Source: Eledone cirrhosa
Taxonomy: Eukaryota
Reading direction: 5' to 3'
NCBI GenBank assembly: GCA_964016885.1
Contig: OZ024744.1
Location: forward strand, 105,896,001 to 105,960,000
DNA: 64,000 nucleotides
The position numbers and the translations under genes were made by a program. The stretch's first letter is position 1. The number at the start of each line of letters is the position of its first letter. Under the pieces are notes generated by a model. It saw only the letters and a program-made list of their open reading frames with translations. It searched no databases and had not been told where the DNA came from. Positions 40,101 to 52,370 of this stretch are shown here, piece by piece.

Positions 40101-42058
40101 TGTGTATGTAACTCAGTAGATGTGTGTATATAACTCAGTAGATGTGCGTATATGTAACTCAGTAGATGTGTGTGTATCTCAGTAGATGTGTGTGTATGTA
40201 ACTCAGTAGATGTGTGTGTATGTAACCCAGTAGATGTGTGTGTGTAACTCAGTAGATGTGTGTGTATATAACCCAGTAGATGTGCGTATATGTAACTCAG
40301 TAGATGTGCGTATATGTAACTCAGTAGATGTGTGTGTATCTCAGTAGATGTGTGTGTATGTAACCCAGTAGATGTGTGTGTGTATGTAACTCAGTAGATG
40401 TGTGTGTATGTAACTCAGTAGATGTGTGTATGTAACCCAGTAGATGTGTGTGTGTAACTCAGTAGATGTATGTGTGTAACTCAGTAGATGTGCGTATATG
40501 TAACTCAGTAGATGTGTGTATGTAACCCAGTAGATGTGTGTGTGTAACTCAGTAGATGTATGTGTGTAACACAGTAGATGTGCGTATATGTAACTCAGTA
40601 GATGTGTGTATGTAACTCAGTAGATGTGTGTGTGTATCTCAGTAGATGTGTGTGTATCTCAGTAGATGTATGTGTGTAACTCAGTAGATGTGTGTGTATG
40701 TAACTCAGTAGATGTGTGTGTATGTAACTCAGTAGATGTGTGTGTATGTAACTCAGTAGATGTGTATGTAACTCAGTAGATGTGTGTATGTAACTCAGTA
40801 GATGTGTGTGCATGTAACTCAGTAGATGTGTGTATGTAACTCAGTAGATGTGTGTATGTAACTCAGTAGATGTGTGTATGTAACTCAGTAGATGTGTATG
40901 TAACTCAGTAGATGTGTGTGTGTAACTCAGTAGATGTGTGTGTATGTAACTCAGTAGATGTGTGTGTATGTAACTCAGTAGATGTGTGTGTAACTCAGTA
41001 GATGTGTGTGTATATAACTCAGTAGATGTGTGTGTATATAACTCAGTAGACGTGTGGATATAACTCAGTAGATGTGTGTATGTAACTCAGTAGATGTGTG
41101 TGTATGTAACTCAGTAGATGTGTGTGTATGTAACTCAGTAGATGTGTGTGTATGTAACTCAGTAGATATGCATGTAACTCAGTAGATGTGTGTATGTAAC
41201 TCAGTAGATGTGTGTGTATGTAACTCAGTAGATGTGTGTATGTAACTCAGTAGATGTGTATGTAACTCAGTAGATGTGTGTATGTAACTCAGTAGATGTG
41301 TATGTAACTCAGTAAATGTGTGTTTATGTAACTCAGTAGATGTGTGTGTATGTAACTCAGTAGATATGCATGTAACTCAGTAGATGTGTGTATGTAACTC
41401 AGTAGATGTGTGTGTATGTAACTCAGTAGATGTGTGCATATGTTAACTCAGTAGATGTGTGTGTATGTAACTCAGTAGATGTGTGTGTATGTAACTCAGT
41501 AGATGTGTGTGTATGTAACTCAGTAGATGTGTGTGTATGTAACTCAGTAGATGTGTGTGTATGTAACTCAGTAGATGTGTGTGTATGTAACTCAGTAGAT
41601 GTGTGTGTATGTAACTCAGTAGATATGCATGTAACTCAGTAGATGTGTGTATGTAACTCAGTAGATGTGTGTGTATGTAACTCAGTAGATGTGTGTATGT
41701 AACTCAGTAGATGTGTATGTAACTCAGTAGATGTGTGTGTATGTAACTCAGTAGATATGCATGTAACTCAGTAGATGTGTGTATGTAACTCAGTAGATGT
41801 GTGTGTATGTAACTCAGTAGATATGCATGTAACTCAGTAGATGTGTGTATGTAACTCAGTAGATGTGTGTGTATGTAACTCAGTAGATGTGTGCATATGT
41901 TAACTCAGTAGATGTGTGTGTATGTAACTCAGTAGATGTGTGTATGTAACTCAGTAGATGTGTGTGTATGTAACTCAGTAGATGTGTGCATATGTTAACT
42001 CAGTAGATGTGTGTGTATGTAACTCAGTAGATGTGTGTGTGTAACTCAGTAGATGTGA
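37107..42058. repeat. About 5 kb variable-unit minisatellite (roughly 18-30 bp)
   Basis: Constant AAC(T/C)CAGTAGAT core separated by variable (GT)nATGT spacers. Confidence 0.98.
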
Positions 42059-42266
42059 GTCTAAGTAAAGTGTAACATTCGTTACAAATATATGAAACAC
42101 AAACAGAATTATAATAAGATGATTAAATAATTTTAACTTGTTTCTTAACAATTGAAGGTGGAAAAGACTGAATTGTCTCAACTCTGGCCACAACTCATGG
42201 TGTCTGACACTCTTACCGGCTACATATATATTGATAGATACATTTATTGGTATATACTCAGGCACA

Positions 42267-42293
<27 letters not shown>

Positions 42294-42297
<4 letters not shown>

Positions 42298-42905
42298 TGT
42301 TATACTTGGGGAGGGTCATATTGTTGTAATAATATTGCCAGAAATAATAACAGAACACACTCACTGTTTGGTTGGTTTTCACTTCTGTATCTTTTATATC
42401 TCCATAGTTAGTTAATTCATTCGCCAATCAATGTGTATCATTGACTGTCGGCAGCAAGACACTTTATTTCACATTGCTCCAGTTTACTCAGCTGCAGAAA
42501 TGAGATGATAGGACTGGGGTCCCTATCATTCCACTGCAAAGTGGTTGCGGAGGTGTCACGGCAAAAAAGCACCCAGCCCACACTGCAAAGTGGACGTGTA
42601 GGTGCCACGGAAAAAAAGCACCCAGCACTCACTGTAAATGAGGTTGGTGTTAGGAAGGGCATCCAGCTGTAGAAATCAAGCCAGAATCAGTTCCCGTATG
42701 AGCAAGCCAAGCTCAGTCAACTGGACACTACCCACAACAGGACAACCCGTCTAACTCATGCTAGTGTGGAAGAACGGACGTAAAACGGTGATGATGATGA
42801 TGATATAAAAGATACAGAAGCGAAAACCAACCAAACAGTGAGTGTGTTCTCTTATTAATTCTGGCAATATTACAACAATATGACCCTCCCCAAGTATAAC
42901 AATAT
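42294..42905. repeat. Inverted repeat (about 105-bp arms) with a SINE in the spacer
   Basis: TATTGTTATACTTGGGGAGGGTCATATTGTTG...CTTCTGTATCTTTTATATC (about 42294-42400) vs GATATAAAAGATACAGAAG...CCCCAAGTATAACAATA (about 42802-42905). Confidence 0.88.
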
Positions 42906-45199
42906 TTGTTTCGACACACGATTTCATATTAAAAACCTCGCAAAACTATAATACATACACACAAGTTTGTGTGTATATATGTTTGTGAATATATAAATAT
43001 ATACATATCTGAGTATATACAAATATATATGTGTATATATAACCTCCATTGTAAGGGAATAGTTGTATTTATAACAGATAAGTATCATCAATACAGCCTA
43101 AATGGACAGCAACAGTTTAGATAAAATTCATCTTGTCTATTAACCCTTTACATTATTCTATATATACTATACGCCGAGGTTGACTTTGCCTTTCATCCTT
43201 ACGGGGTCGATAAAATAAAGTACCAGTAATGCACTGGGTAATTGCTGGCCTTGTGCCTAAAGTAGAAACAATTATTCTATATATACTATTGTATTTTCAC
43301 GGTAAAAGCTTTACCTCACATAATATAGAATCTATGAGATTTCGATATTATTTCTTTTGAAAACAATACCTTAACATCAGTATAAGTGGCTGGTTATGGC
43401 CAGTTTGAACAAAAAGAGGTGAGAGAATTCTGGCCAGATATGGCCAGTTTAAATGCTAAAGGTTCAATGTTTCTCTGAGACCCTTTCTCTCTGTAAGCCT
43501 ACGTGTATGTCTATCTATGTACGTAAGCCCATCAATTGGTCACATCCTTTATGGCACTTTGCAGCCAAGTGATGGACGGTGGAACATAAGGCTGACATAG
43601 GTCAACCAGTACAAATATGACTGATTATTTTATACCTATAAAAGGGGTCCCTAAGGTAACTTACCTCTCCCCTTACTCATACTATTGTCTATATCATCAT
43701 CATTTTACGTCCGCTTTTCCCTGCTTGCAAGGGTAGGATGGATCCTATTCAACACAGCATCTCTCCACTTGTCCCAGTCCTTCGTCATCAACACATGAGT
43801 TTATTCTCAAAATATAATATAATGTATAGCTCCTTTATTGTAAGAGCTGATCCTTAATCCTGCATAAGCGGCTGTTATTTCTAGCACCGTGAATGTGGGA
43901 TAGCTAGTTTTGGCCTGCCTACCCACGTGTAGTCAGTCCTGCAAAATTTTTGATGTGAGATAGACTAATCTTACTGGATTCCTGTTGATATGCACAGATG
44001 ATTTGGATATTTCACTCTTTTATTTCTATTCCATTTCGATTCTCTTTATTTTTCAATTCACATTCCACCATTGCGAAACTTATTTGGGTTTCGAGGTTCA
44101 AATTCGTCTACAGAACAGGTTTGAATTTTGAAATTTAAATATGTCCAGGAATCATGGCAGTTGCCAATATAAGTTTGTCTTTATTGACTTGTATCGAGAC
44201 AGACAAATTGTATTCACTTTTATTAGTTTATTTCATTAATAGCTAACTTTGTCTGTTGCAATGTAAAGACATTTCGTGTTTATCATATACTTTAAATGTA
44301 TATCTATATATATATATATATGTTATTTTATTTTATTGTCTTTTATCTAATAATATTTTTACTTCTATTTTTTCATCTTTAATTTATGTATCCATCTTCA
44401 GTCGGATATCCCGATCGGTTGGGTTGGGGTGAGATGGATCAAGGATATTGAGACTAGAAATAGGTGGTGACATAACCACTATCTATCAGTCAATATATCA
44501 ATTTACCATGATCAATTAACCCTCTGAAACGATTGTAAAACAATGAACTAATTAAGAACCTATCTTAGACGTATGTTTTATTTTCTTTGTTCAATACACA
44601 CACACACACACACACACACGAGCACTAAACATTCCACACAATATTTATTTTAAAGTATTTATTTATATTTATCCAAACACCAACTTAATAATTTGACTAT
44701 TTTCAATCATTCTTTTTCTTTAGAAATATGTTTAAAAAAAAGAGTTAAAATGTTAATCGGGCTCCCATTTCAATTTAATTCTATAAGTTGTTACAATATT
44801 TGATTAGTTTTTGAATAAGAAACTAATTTATTATATTGTTTTTAAGCTTTTAAAATATAGTTCACAGTGACCCAATTATATATATTTTACACAAACCACT
44901 TGCTCTCTAACTCTCCCTCCCTCTGTCTCAAACACACCCGCACCAACAAATGTGTGACCACTGTTACTTCCTCCACTACTATATCTCTCATTACATTCCA
45001 CTCTACAGTCTCTTCCATTACACCCTCCAACCCCTCTCTCTCTCACACACCACTCACTTGGGTACTTCTGTTCACCCACTGGGTCAATATAGGGTAGTGA
45101 ATGCCTCTTTAGTCTTGCAACATCCAAAGCTATAACTATAGATAAAAAAACCCACTCTCTCAGACAGGCCCCAACACACATTCCATAACTCCTCTGGTA

Positions 45200-45410
45200 T
45201 GGCATTAAGGACTATAATGAACAAAAGTGACCTGATGAAAACCTACTTGTACCTTGAATTCCTCACTAAACTCACTTCCTGTCCCCACAAGCATTGTTTC
45301 CTTAAGGACCACCAGATGACCAATTGGGGTAATCTATCAAAGGCCTTCTCTAGATCAACAAAAGCCAGATATAGTGGCTTGCCCTTCACTAGGAACTTCT
45401 CCCTGGCACA
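45200..45410 (-). mobile_element. RTE RT fragment
   Basis: REKFLVKGKPLYLAFVDLEKAFDRLP on the reverse strand. Confidence 0.8.
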
Positions 45411-45915
45411 AAACGAAAACTACATCTCATCTAATTTGACTCTTTCCTTAATTAGTTGTGCTAGAACTCTTCATTACCAATTTCTAATGAAAGATGTTTG
45501 GAACATAACAAAGGTTCTTACATAGGATTATGATGGAGGGTTAAAATAATGAGTATTGTATCATAGAACCATGACTGGTTTTATGTGTTTTGCTATCAAA
45601 AGGGTTAAACTAGCAAAAAATATAAACAATAAGACAAGACTGCTGTCTTACTATATATTTCTCTCTCTGATCAGAAGATAGAAGAGGCTGATAAATATTA
45701 GAGATGTTGTGATGATATATCTAAGCTTGAGGGGCTTAGAGTAGAAAAAAAAAAGCTGATTGGTGAACGATAAAGATCAAGTTAGACCCCAGCAGGAAAA
45801 TTCTTCATTTATACCAGATCATTATAGTTGGAATGCCTTGATCATAGGACTGCTTCAGTGAGGCTGACCTAGGGCTGAACAACATGAAAGAAAACAATAA
45901 ACAAAATTAACTTAC

Positions 45916-45973
45916 TTGATTGCTCAGAAGAACTGATAGTCTTGCGAATCTTACAGGAAATGGACAGCTCACC
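45916..45973 (-). CDS. TRAPPC11: TRAPPC11 exon (first exon seen in the window): VSCPFPVRFARLSVLLSNQ
   Basis: gtcag|G...CAA|gtaagt, 58 nt, phase 2/0; matches human ADCPHPIRFSKLCVSFNNQ. No upstream exon found in 45974-64000. Confidence 0.92.
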
Positions 45974-46459
45974 CTGACAGTGGAATAAAATTATGTCATT
46001 TATAGAGTAAAGCTACTTAGAATATGAAATAATGAAGATTTAATTAAAATATAAAATATTATTTGAAACACTTGTTCAACATAGTGAGATGTATAGTTGG
46101 GAAAATTATAAAAATATTAAATTTTTTTTAAATAAAACAAGAATGATTTTGAGAAATGGTCATGTTTTGCTGCAATCACAGAATGTACAATAATAAATAA
46201 AGCACCCAGTCCACTCTGTAAGGTGGTTGTGTTAGGACCAAGATAAAAAGCACCCAGTCCACCCTGTAAGGTGGTTGTGTTGGGACCAAGATAAAAAGCA
46301 CCCAGTATACACAGTAACGTGGTGGTGTTAAGAAGAGCATCCAACTGTAGAAACCAAGCCAAAATACAGTTCTGTATGAGCAAGATGTGGTCATCTGACC
46401 TAACTTGTCTTATAACAATGATCCACCTAACCCATGCAAGCCTGGAAAATGGACGTTAA

Positions 46460-46490
46460 ATGATGATGATGGTGGTGGTGGTGGTGGTGG

Positions 46491-46521
<31 letters not shown>

Positions 46522-46612
46522 GGTGGTGATGGTGATGATGATGATGGTGATGATGGTGATGGTGATGATGGTGATGATAATGATGATGATGGTGGTGATG
46601 ATGATGGTGATG
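46460..46612. repeat. (GAT)/(GGT) trinucleotide repeat, expanded SINE/LINE tail
   Basis: Directly follows GGACGTTAAA, the retroposon 3' end. Confidence 0.93.
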
Positions 46613-46919
46613 AATTCCTTGATTTTATATTTCCAAATTCTCTAACACTGAAGAATTTGATTCCCCAAAAATGTCAGAAGAAAATGTTTCCAGAACTTTA
46701 ACATATAATACTTCTTCACTGGGAACATAACTTAATAACAGAAGGAACAATATTTTAATAAATGAATGTGTACAACGTCTGCCAAAGTAAAAAGTATCCA
46801 ACTTAATATTTTTCCTGTGGGAAGTAATGACATTAGGGAGACAAAAATATACAGAGTGGAGTCACATATATCAGTCACTGTCAGGTAACCAATGTGTGGA
46901 GATGTCACAGTTTCACTGT

Positions 46920-47180
46920 ACCTGATACTGCCATCAAGGATCCTGAGTTCTTGAATATTGTGATAACTGGAGATGTGACATGGTGTTGGGTACGACCTGG
47001 AAACTAAATCTCAGTCATCACAGTGCAAGTATTCAACATTGAGAGCCAAGAGGACATCATACAAACTGTGACAGTGGAGTTGAGAGTCACTCTGAAAGCA
47101 ATATTCCAGGTGTGCTTTCAACAGTAGCAGGATTGTCGAGATGTGTGAAGGCACAAGGGGACTATTTTGAAGGGAATTAG
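46920..47180 (+). mobile_element. Internally deleted mariner transposase remnant
   Basis: DPEFLNIVITGDVTW..YDLETKSQSSQ and C-terminal CVKAQGDYFEGN* motifs. Confidence 0.82.
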
Positions 47181-47539
47181 CAGCTGAACTCCAGCAAGTA
47201 CATCATTTATAGCCTACATTGAGTTCCATACTATGGCAAACATAAAAAACAAACAAAATAATATTACACCTAAGTACCTGTGCGATGACAACATGAGTGA
47301 TTGTTACATAATGGCTTTGATGTCTTTGAAATGTACATAACGGGATAATGTAATAAACTGAGGATGTATACGTGATACCGTCTTTCTTCTTTCTTATAAT
47401 GTTGACACTCTGTCCGACACCATATAGGTAATATCTTATCATACCCACATTGTGGAGTGCTTATTTCTGATTACACCACATTTGGTCAACTGCTTTTGTT
47501 TTGCAAGTATATGTCTGTCTCCTAGCAATACTGGCTGTG

Positions 47540-48700
47540 GTGTATTTTTATGCATTCTACCATGTCTGGTTAGTCCACCAACTGACTTGCAAATTAAGCC
47601 ACACTCACTGCAAATGTGGAGGGCCTGGAGGTAGAACCATCTCACAAATGGCTCAATTTCTCCCCAGCTCATGTGACTTTAGATGGTTCACAAATCCAGC
47701 TCTTGATAGAATTGACAACATACAGAGCACTTCAATTCCTGCTGGAATTTTGCAGTACTGCACTTGGGTCCTGCTTATGGATTGAATGCTTCAAAGCACT
47801 CCCCTTTCCCCAAAGACATCACATCCATATTTGATGATCTTTCTCCAAGATGTACGGTCTTGAACCATTTTCTCCCAATTCCCCATATCAATCTTCAGCG
47901 CTTTAAGATTGTCTTTTATGACGTCCTTAAACCGCTTCTTTGGTTTATGTTGTGGCCTTTTTCCTCTGGTCAGCTTGTCATAAAATATCTGTTTAGGCAG
48001 CCTTCTACCTTCCATCCTGACCACATGACCAGCCCAACACACCTGAAGCATAATAATCCTCCTCTCAAAACTGGTGCTACCCACTTTCTCAAGTACTGCA
48101 GCATTAGGTGTGTAAGAGGACCACTTGGTGTTCAGGATGTATCATATACAATGCTGATGAAACCTTTCCAACTGCCTGATATGATGCCTGTAAGTTGTCC
48201 ACATTTCACATCCATATAGCAGGGCTGTAAGAACACAGGCCTCATACACAGAGAGCTTTGTGTTTCTTGTCATCCCTCTATCTGACCAGACGCCTTTTTC
48301 AATCAACCCGAATGCAAGACTCAATATTTTGCAGTTCTGAGATCTATTTCAACATCGAGAGTACCATCTCTACTAAGTGTACTTCTGAGATACACAAAGC
48401 TGTCCACCACCTCAAGAGTTTTTCTTTTCTCAAAAATGTCTCCCTCCACATACATTTCCTAACCTTAGACATTTTTATACAAATATTTAGCCCAAACATA
48501 GTTCATGCATTGGAGAAGGTGTCCAATATAAACTGCATGTCCTCTACAGTGTGAGCCACAAAATCTGCATCATCAGCATACAGGAACTCCCAAACAAGAG
48601 TGTCAAATATTGTGGACTTAGATTAAAGACTTTACCAGAAGTTCTAATTCACATGTAAACACTGATTCTTAAGTCTTGTAAGCCATATGTCAGCAGTATG
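47540..48700 (-). mobile_element. RTE/BovB-like LINE, 5'-truncated and degenerate
   Basis: RTSGKVFNL, EFLYADDADFVAH, TKLSVYEACVLTALLYGCEMW, WAGHVVRMEGRRLPKQIFY, and C-terminal C2H2 finger CSECGLICKSVGGLTRHGRMH. Confidence 0.92.
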
Positions 48701-48779
48701 GCACAGTAGATGGAGAACAGGGTGGTGCATGTATGTCACCCTGCTTGCACTGAAATTAACTCATGGAATTTATTTAATA

Positions 48780-50565
48780 TTCCAACAAATACAAGTTTTC
48801 CCTAATATGACCCACAGTGCACTACAATTAACAGTATTAAAGCCTTTAGTAAGGTCCACAATTAATTTGTACAGTGGCACTCGAGCTCAACACACCACGA
48901 ATTCCTAAAACACTCCAGATGTGGTCGTCCTTTTCCATATGGGCATTGAAATCTACAAGAAGTAAGATCTTGTCCGAATGTGGAATCTATTATATACCCT
49001 CAGAAATCTTGGTAACAAGCCATGATTGATTCCTGGCTACTATCCAGGGTAGGGGCATACACTGAAATGATAGTCATGAAATGTCCCATTGAAAGAGGAA
49101 CTCATAGATTCATAATTTGAAATCAAACAAACAAACCTCATGAAGTAAGCTGCCAGAAAATATTCAACTTATATGAATTTGTTAATTACCTAACACAGAG
49201 AAACACAGAAAAAAGATGGGTAATTGCAGTTAACGAAATAATGACAAATTCACAAGTCATGTTCCAATAAAAAATAGCAAATATTACAATTGAAGAACCA
49301 GAAAAATTGGACGAAGAACAAGAACTGAAAAAACAAGACACTGTGAGAGGGAAAAAAATACGATTTTATAAAAAGAATCATGAAAAAATGTAACTCAACC
49401 GGCATGGGAGACATACTAGACTTCATCAAAACAACAAACAAAACTAAATACAAAGACACATGGGTAAACATATATAGATCAACACCGAACCTTTTGACCA
49501 TTATACAAAGGGCAGCAATAGAAACACACTAAAGTCACTCCTATTTGGAAACAAATAACAGAAAAGAAAGAATAATACCTTTTAAATGCAAACAACCAAT
49601 TCTGGGATATACAGACATTAATCTTCAAAGAATGGTTGACATTGCAAAACAGAAATTTTCCAAGCAAGCGTTCGAAATATGTCACAAGATAAATCCTAAT
49701 GTAAACAGATTACATATAATTGTTTCTACTTTTAGCACAAGGCCAGCAATTACTCAAGGGCATTACTGGTACTTTATTTTATCGATCCCAGGTGTAAATA
49801 ATTCCAGGGAAAGTTATATATTACCTTTGATAGGAAATGGTCTTATGACTTGTGGAAGAATGCACTGCCAAGCATCAGTTAACTTTACATCAAGCAACTA
49901 CATTGATTAAAACATTAATAGACACAGACGAAATGTGGTTTACAATAAACAACATAAAAGCAAAATACATTTAGTAAGGGGTCCCTGTATACAAATCAAA
50001 CCTCAATCAGAAAGAATACTAAAGAGAACTCCATGGCTGAGTACCAGGAACACAGAGCCATGGAATACAATCATCCACGGAAAAGAAGCAATGTTCAACA
50101 GAGTCTATTATTACAAGACATACAAACCAATACCAAAACTAAAACAATGAGGCATGGTTGAATTCAACACCTTAATGTGGTTAACTATTTGGAAAGATTA
50201 CCTCAACAAGTTTGTTAGCGAGGAATACGTTCAAATATAGATGGACAACGACATACCAAAAAAGGCTAAACAATTTCTGTACTTGATCAACAACCTTGCA
50301 TCACCGGGGAAAAAAAAAAAAAAGAAAAACACAACCCAAGTAAGAAAAGAATTAGAATTTGATTTATAAAAAGAAACACAGGTTTAAATGTGAATTTGAT
50401 CCAAATCAATCTGCATATATCACGGACGAGATTTTGGTCTGTAATTTCTTAGACACACTAAACACACCACACAATTCACCCCAACCAGAAAACATTAATG
50501 AAGAATGGAGCCCCATTACAATGAACTTTATTGACTGTTACATACTAAATGTTATATCACTTTCT
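48780..50565 (+). pseudogene. Endogenous parvoviral element: decayed NS1 (HUH endonuclease + SF3 helicase), Hamaparvovirinae/hepanhamaparvovirus-like
   Basis: Manual translation across stops and frameshifts: FVQWHSSSTHHEFLKHSRCGRPFPYGH*NLQ...PHEVSCQKIFNLYEFVNYL...KINPNVNRLHI[SINE]PGVNNSRESYI (degenerate Walker A)...CGRMHCQASVNFTSSNYID/TLIDTDEMWF (Walker B)...QIKPQSERILKRTPWLSTRNTEPWN (B' and motif C)...EAMFNRVYYYKTYKPIPKLKQ*GMVEFNTLMWLTIW. A-rich strand. Boundaries approximate; subfamily assignment from memory. Confidence 0.85.
49717..49787 (-). mobile_element. 3' fragment of SINE family A inserted in the NS1 endogenous viral element
   Basis: AATTGTTTCTACTTTTAGCACAAGGCCAGCAATTAC..CATTACTGGTACTTTATTTTATCGA equals the reverse-complemented SINE A tail. 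Confidence 0.9.
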
Positions 50566-51234
50566 TAAATTTAACTCTGCGAGAGAGACATTGTAATCTT
50601 TTTCAGAAGAATATTTACATAAGAGTGTGGTGAAGATTGCAATGATTCATTAATTACATAAAATGACTTTTCTAACTGGACGTATGCTATACAAGATGGC
50701 AAGCTAGCGTGGAAAAATGGACGTAAAATGGTGATGATGATGATGGTATCATCTCCATATTTGATCTAATACATTTTAAAATAAAGTACTGACACTATTA
50801 TATTGTTTTTGTTCTTTTTTATTGCATGAGGACAATGTATTGGCAGTATCGGTAGAGGGTCAGACGCCATGCTTTGCAGCAAAGAGTTACGGCCCTTTAT
50901 GGTCTGAGTTCAAATCCCGCCGAGGTTAACTTTGCCTTTCATCCCTACGAGGTCGATAAAATAAAGTACCAGTAATACACTGGTATAATTGCTGGCCTTG
51001 TGCCAAAAGTAGAAACAATTATTTTGCCACTGGTCACTATTCACTAATGATGATGTCATAACTTTCATTTAATTTTACCTTTCATCCTTACGGGGGTCGA
51101 TAAAATAAAGTACCAGTAAAGCACTGGGATAATTGCTGGCCTTGTGCCAAAAGTAGAAACAATTATTACTATATGTATATCTATCTATATATATCGAGCC
51201 CTCTTTGGATTTTAGTCTTCAAATTTATTATTAT

Positions 51235-51303
<69 letters not shown>

Positions 51304-51779
51304 CACATATATATATATAAATAGAAGACACCAGCAAACAGTGCCAGTGCAATACAATTTATTTTTCAGATACCACTGCCAAGTAACTGGTAAGTAATTA
51401 AAAATTACATTTTGAGCCATGGTAATGGTGAAAATTAGAGAAGGCACCATTTGTGCCAATCAATATTTTTTTCCAAGCCTGTTCTATTTTATTCAAAAAT
51501 ATTGAAAAAAATTCTAAAAACTGCCATCATCTCTTATTAACAGAGACAGTGGCTGCCTGTTTTTCTCTTGTCTTTGTATTGTGTGCCTGCCCCTGTTTTG
51601 GAACTCATACTCTAAAGTTTTAGCCACATTTTTTAATCATTATCATCATCATCACAATTTAACATGGGTTAGACTGGTTGTCCTGTTTGAGGCAAGTTGG
51701 GTCCGGTGACCATGTATTGCTCACACAGAACTGTTTCTGGTTTTGGTTTCTACAGCTGGATGCCCTTCTAATGCCAACC

Positions 51780-52370
51780 ACATTTACAGTGTGGGCTGGG
51801 TGCTTTTTGTTGTGACACCTACACAACCACATTAGTGTGAACTGGGTGCTTTTTGTTGTGGCACCTACACAACCACATTACAGTGTGAACTGGGTGCTTT
51901 TTGTTGTGACACCTACACAACCACATTAGTGACGGCTGGGTGCTTTTTGTTGTGACACCTACACGACCACATTAGTGTGAACTGGGTGGTTTTTGTTGTG
52001 ACACCTACATGACCACTTTACAGTGTGGGCTGGGTGCTTTTTGTTGTGACACCTACACGACCACATTAGTGTGAACTGGGTGGTTTTTGTTGTGACACCT
52101 ACACGACCACTTTACAGTGTGGGCTGGGTGGTTTTTGTTGTGACACCTACACAACCACATTACAGTGTGAACTGGGTGGTTTTTGTTGTGACACCTACAC
52201 GACCACTTTACAGTGTGGGCGGGGTGGTTTTTGTTGTGACACCTACACAACCACATTACAGTGTGAACTGGGTGCTTTTTGTTGTGACACCTACACGACC
52301 ACTTTACAGTGTGAACTGGGTGGTTTTTGTTGTGACACCTACACGACCACTTTACAGTGTGGGCTGGGTA
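51780..52370. repeat. About 47-bp minisatellite from the SINE B body, reverse orientation
   Basis: Unit ACAGTGTG(GG/AA)CTGGGTG(C/G)TTTTTGTTGTGACACCTACAC(A/G)ACCAC(A/T)TT. Confidence 0.92.

Noticed and set aside
51370-51389. Plus-strand 20-nt microexon (tttttcag|ATACCACTGCCAAGTAACTG|gtaagt) of a nested antisense gene
   Set aside because: No partner exons or homology recognised; compatible with chance or TE debris.
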